This document shows positions 36,729 to 39,382 of a DNA stretch of 39,382 bases, piece by piece (positions within the stretch are counted from its first letter, which is position 1; each line of letters starts with the position of its first letter). The notes under the pieces were generated by a model. That model had not been told where the DNA came from. It saw only the letters and a program-made list of their open reading frames with translations, and searched no databases. A program made the translations under genes and the position numbers. Location of the stretch: IMG/VR virus record IMGVR_UViG_2923296884_000001. One strand, written 5' to 3'. Origin of the DNA: a virus. Taxonomy: Duplodnaviria > Heunggongvirae > Uroviricota > Caudoviricetes.

Positions 36729-36920
36729 ATGTCAGAAGATAAAAAAGTTGTTAATTTGTTGAGTGAACTTAGTGCTGCTCTGGATAACATTAACCCTCCC
36801 AGGGTAAAAACGACGGGTGATAAAGACGCATTAAACACAGAGATTCATATATTACTGGCGTTAGTAACTGACAAAATTCAGCGTAAATACCCACCTGTCA
36901 CACAACTGGTTGATTTTTAA
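36729..36920 (+). CDS. hypothetical small protein (63 aa), opposite strand to the early operon
   Basis: ATG at 36729 preceded by AAGAGG and an AT-rich promoter-like stretch; low GC; convergent with the 139-aa gene. Confidence 0.5.
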   Translation: MSEDKKVVNLLSELSAALDNINPPRVKTTGDKDALNTEIHILLALVTDKIQRKYPPVTQLVDF

Positions 36921-36926
36921 TTTGAT

Positions 36927-37349
36927 TTATGCCGGGCTGCTCCCGGCATCTTCTAGCTGCCATAATGTCTCGTCACCTGATAGAGCAAAACGAAATGAGT
37001 GAAGTATATCCCCCCGAGAGAAGCTCACGGCTACAGCTGCGGGAAAGTCAAATATAATCCCACCTTCATTTTTAAAACGATTACGCAATTGATAGGCTAT
37101 CGGTTTGATTTGTGCAGGAAGAGTATCTATATCTCTTCCATTGACAACAGAATCTTTGTTTTCAAGTACTGATTTAGCGATTAGATATAGATGCCAGTAA
37201 CTGGTTACAATTGTTACTCCTGTGATGTGTCGTAAATTAATTGCAATTCGTCCGTTATTATGTTTTTCCGCAAGGTATTTCAGGTTATCAATTAATGCTT
37301 GGTCATTTTTTGAAATAGTTATTGTGAAATCTGACGTGTTTGTTTTCAT
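36927..37349 (-). CDS. hypothetical protein (about 140 aa), low-GC insert
   Basis: Start refined to the ATG at 37349 (MKTNTSDF...), 4 nt after the cox-like stop, SD AGAGG; the longer ORF-track version overlaps cox-like. Confidence 0.55.
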   Translation of the reverse strand: MKTNTSDFTITISKNDQALIDNLKYLAEKHNNGRIAINLRHITGVTIVTSYWHLYLIAKSVLENKDSVVNGRDIDTLPAQIKPIAYQLRNRFKNEGGIIFDFPAAVAVSFSRGDILHSFRFALSGDETLWQLEDAGSSPA

Positions 37350-37353
37350 ACGA

Positions 37354-37875
37354 TTAGTTGCCTCTGTTGTTTCTGAGTTGGTCCAGTTTTGAGCTTCTGC
37401 CTGTATAAACTCGCTTACCGTTAATGGTCTGGCAGTCTTCTTTATTAGCTGGAGAGAACTTCCTTTTCTGGCGGTCATACGTCCAGTAACTTTTCCAGTT
37501 GTGCCATTCTGGGGGCTCGTGCTCTGGTAGCTCATCAGCCAACTTGTCCCACTCTTTGGCGTTAAACCACCATACTCCGTCTGAGTTTTCATCTTCCGGG
37601 TTTGTGCGCGTCTTGTGTCCCGGCATTTGACCGCGATGAATGGCTACGCGCAGTGCAGATTTTGTTAGCCCAATATATGCCGCGCCTTTTTCCAGAGAGC
37701 AAAGCCCGGCGATCGGACCATCCAGCCGCAAAGTCGCTCCTTTTTTGTAGGAACGCTTTTTCTTGTTTTCTTCGTGCTCGTCGTCGTTGGCGGCATCAAT
37801 GGATCCGCTGAGTGCGTTACTTTCCTGAAGTGGTTGGTGGTCAGATAACTCTTTATCGGCAATGAAGTCCCGCAT
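37354..37875 (-). CDS. Cox/Apl-like HTH regulator-excisionase with N- and C-terminal extensions (173 aa)
   Basis: Central segment AAYIGLTKSALRVAIHRGQMP resembles P2 Cox (AKLIGKSTGAVRRMIDKGKLP); first gene of the leftward early operon, divergent from C; ATG at 37875 with SD AAGAGGA. Confidence 0.65.
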   Translation of the reverse strand: MRDFIADKELSDHQPLQESNALSGSIDAANDDEHEENKKKRSYKKGATLRLDGPIAGLCSLEKGAAYIGLTKSALRVAIHRGQMPGHKTRTNPEDENSDGVWWFNAKEWDKLADELPEHEPPEWHNWKSYWTYDRQKRKFSPANKEDCQTINGKRVYTGRSSKLDQLRNNRGN

Positions 37876-37917
37876 TTGTTATCCTCTTGCGTTGGTGCGC
37901 TTGTCGCGCCTTGTGAT

Positions 37918-37937
37918 GGTTTGTTTTGGTTTGTTTT
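37918..37937. promoter_or_regulatory. tandem direct repeat GGTTTGTTTT x2 in the C/cox switch region; candidate operator
   Basis: Two adjacent 10-bp direct repeats in the 103-bp region between divergent cox-like and C starts. Confidence 0.4.
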
Positions 37938-37978
37938 CTTCACCCTGTGGTGAAGACCGAAAAGAGGATACTCATCGT

Positions 37979-38320
37979 ATGGTGAACATGTCAAGAGATT
38001 ACGCCAAAAAACTAAAGGCGATCAGAAATGCGGAAAAACTTACACAATCTCAGTTTTCGCAAGTAACGGGGGTTTCTGTAGGGACTATAGGAAATTATGA
38101 GTCTGGATATAAACCTGCGCGAATTGAGGTTGTAGAAAAAGTAATCCAAGTCGAGCGATTCGAAAAATACACTATGTGGATACTTCACGACAAAACATTT
38201 CCCGCTGCCGGGCAGGTTGCACCGGCTCTCTCTCTTGATGGCTCTATTCAGTCGGAGGGCGATCAGGTTTCAATCGGCATTACCCAAAAATCACCCCGAT
38301 CAGGCCGCAATGTTGGCTGA
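37979..38320 (+). CDS. C: immunity repressor C (HTH, XRE-like)
   Basis: About 113 aa from the ATG at 37979 (SD AAGAGGA); HTH segment LTQSQFSQVTGVSVGTIGNYESG; lies immediately before int on the same strand. Confidence 0.75.
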   Translation: MVNMSRDYAKKLKAIRNAEKLTQSQFSQVTGVSVGTIGNYESGYKPARIEVVEKVIQVERFEKYTMWILHDKTFPAAGQVAPALSLDGSIQSEGDQVSIGITQKSPRSGRNVG

Positions 38321-38389
38321 CTCTACACATTGAGCGAATTACATATCGCAAGGAGTGTTTAGTTAATTTATCCGTTGGAGGGGCTAATC

Positions 38390-39382
38390 ATGTCGATTAA
38401 GCAACTCAAAGACGGACGTTATCAGGTCGATGTCAGACCGCAGGGGGCGGAAGGAAAGCGGATTCGAAAAATCTTTGCCCTGAAATCAAAGGCTCAGGAG
38501 TTTGAGAAGTATGTGTTACAGAACTTTCATGACAAGCCATGGCAGGCTAAGCCAGCTGATCAGCGGCGATTATCAGAGCTGCTTGATGCGTGGTGGATGC
38601 TTGATGGTCGTAATCAGGCTTACGGGGATAGCTACAGGGTTAGGCTAGGGAAGGTTGTTCGTGAAATGGGAGATCCTCGCGCCAGTCAGATGACGCGAAA
38701 ATTTATGCTTGAATATCGGTCAGAGAAATTACAGGCCGGATTAATGCCGTCCAGTATTAATCGTGACTTATGCGTACTGTCTACCATGTTCACGGTGCTG
38801 ATTGAAGCTGAGGTCTTTCACAACGCGAACCCTGTACGCGGTATACGAAAACTGAAAGTTCAGAACACAGAGATGGCCTTTCTTTCTGATGATGAGATTG
38901 AACGGCTTCTTGAGCGACTGGAGGGTGATGCGCGTCGTGTTGCCATTCTGTGTCTTTCTACTGGTGCCCGATGGAGTGAAGCATCGGAACTACGTGGAGA
39001 GCATATCGTTGGCAACCGGGTGACGTTCTTTAACACCAAAAACGGAAAATCCCGTTCGGTTCCTGTGGCGGATTCGGTCGTGCCTCTGATTAAAACCCGT
39101 CGAACGGGGTTATTGTATCAGGTTGATTATCTGAAGTTCCGGGAGATTCTTCAGGAGGTGAAACCGGATTTGCCGAAGGGGCAGGCTACGCATGTCATGC
39201 GTCATACATTTGCCACACACTTTATGATGAATGGCGGAAATATTGTTACGTTGCAACGAATCCTGGGGCACGCAACGATTCAGCAAACAATGACGTACGC
39301 TCATTTTTCGCCGGACTTCTTACAGGACGCGATCAACTTTAATCCGCTGGCTGAAAGTGTCCATAAACTGTCCATCGATTAG
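38390..39382 (+). CDS. int: tyrosine integrase (P2 Int family)
   Basis: Start refined to the ATG at 38390 (SD GGAGG); C-terminal catalytic region with ...HVMRHTFATHF...LGHATIQQTMTYAH; stop TAG at 39380-39382 is the last triplet of the window. Confidence 0.92.
   Translation: MSIKQLKDGRYQVDVRPQGAEGKRIRKIFALKSKAQEFEKYVLQNFHDKPWQAKPADQRRLSELLDAWWMLDGRNQAYGDSYRVRLGKVVREMGDPRASQMTRKFMLEYRSEKLQAGLMPSSINRDLCVLSTMFTVLIEAEVFHNANPVRGIRKLKVQNTEMAFLSDDEIERLLERLEGDARRVAILCLSTGARWSEASELRGEHIVGNRVTFFNTKNGKSRSVPVADSVVPLIKTRRTGLLYQVDYLKFREILQEVKPDLPKGQATHVMRHTFATHFMMNGGNIVTLQRILGHATIQQTMTYAHFSPDFLQDAINFNPLAESVHKLSID

Larger units (their letters stand above)
1336..39382. mobile_element. P2-like prophage; ogr-side end near serS, other end beyond the window. 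Left boundary uncertain (anywhere 1294-1930)
   Basis: Near-complete P2 gene set in P2 order (ogr, D, FI-U, H-I-J-W-V-S-R, lysis, X-L-M-N-O, P-Q, A, cox-like, C, int) placed directly after a housekeeping gene; int is the last gene in the window. Confidence 0.75.

Overview
Enterobacterial chromosome segment: a complete serS gene (1-1293) followed by an integrated P2-like myovirus prophage that fills the rest of the window and runs off the end at the integrase stop codon (39382), so the far attachment junction is not in view. All calls rest on reading the ORF translations and the DNA by eye; no database search or computation was run. From the serS side the window holds a hok-family type I toxin locus, ogr, tail gene D, a tail block FI-FII-E/E'-T-U lying inverted relative to canonical P2 synteny, a Hin/Gin-family invertase with an invertible tail-fibre C-terminus segment, baseplate and fibre genes H-I-J-W-V-S-R, a 625-aa SASA-type (NanS-like) esterase beside the lysis cassette, head genes X-L-M-N-O and divergent P-Q, then the early region ending in cox-like, C repressor and int. 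The strongest candidates for something new are accessory insertions: a plasmid-type ParM/ParR cassette with upstream hairpin repeats next to replication gene A, a cos-proximal island of orphan genes (one with a ClpX-type zinc finger) at the position of the P2 tin/old hotspot, an SPFH-domain lipoprotein operon, and a low-GC convergent two-gene insert. I could not assign a defence function to any of these from sequence alone. No CRISPR array, rRNA or tRNA gene was found.
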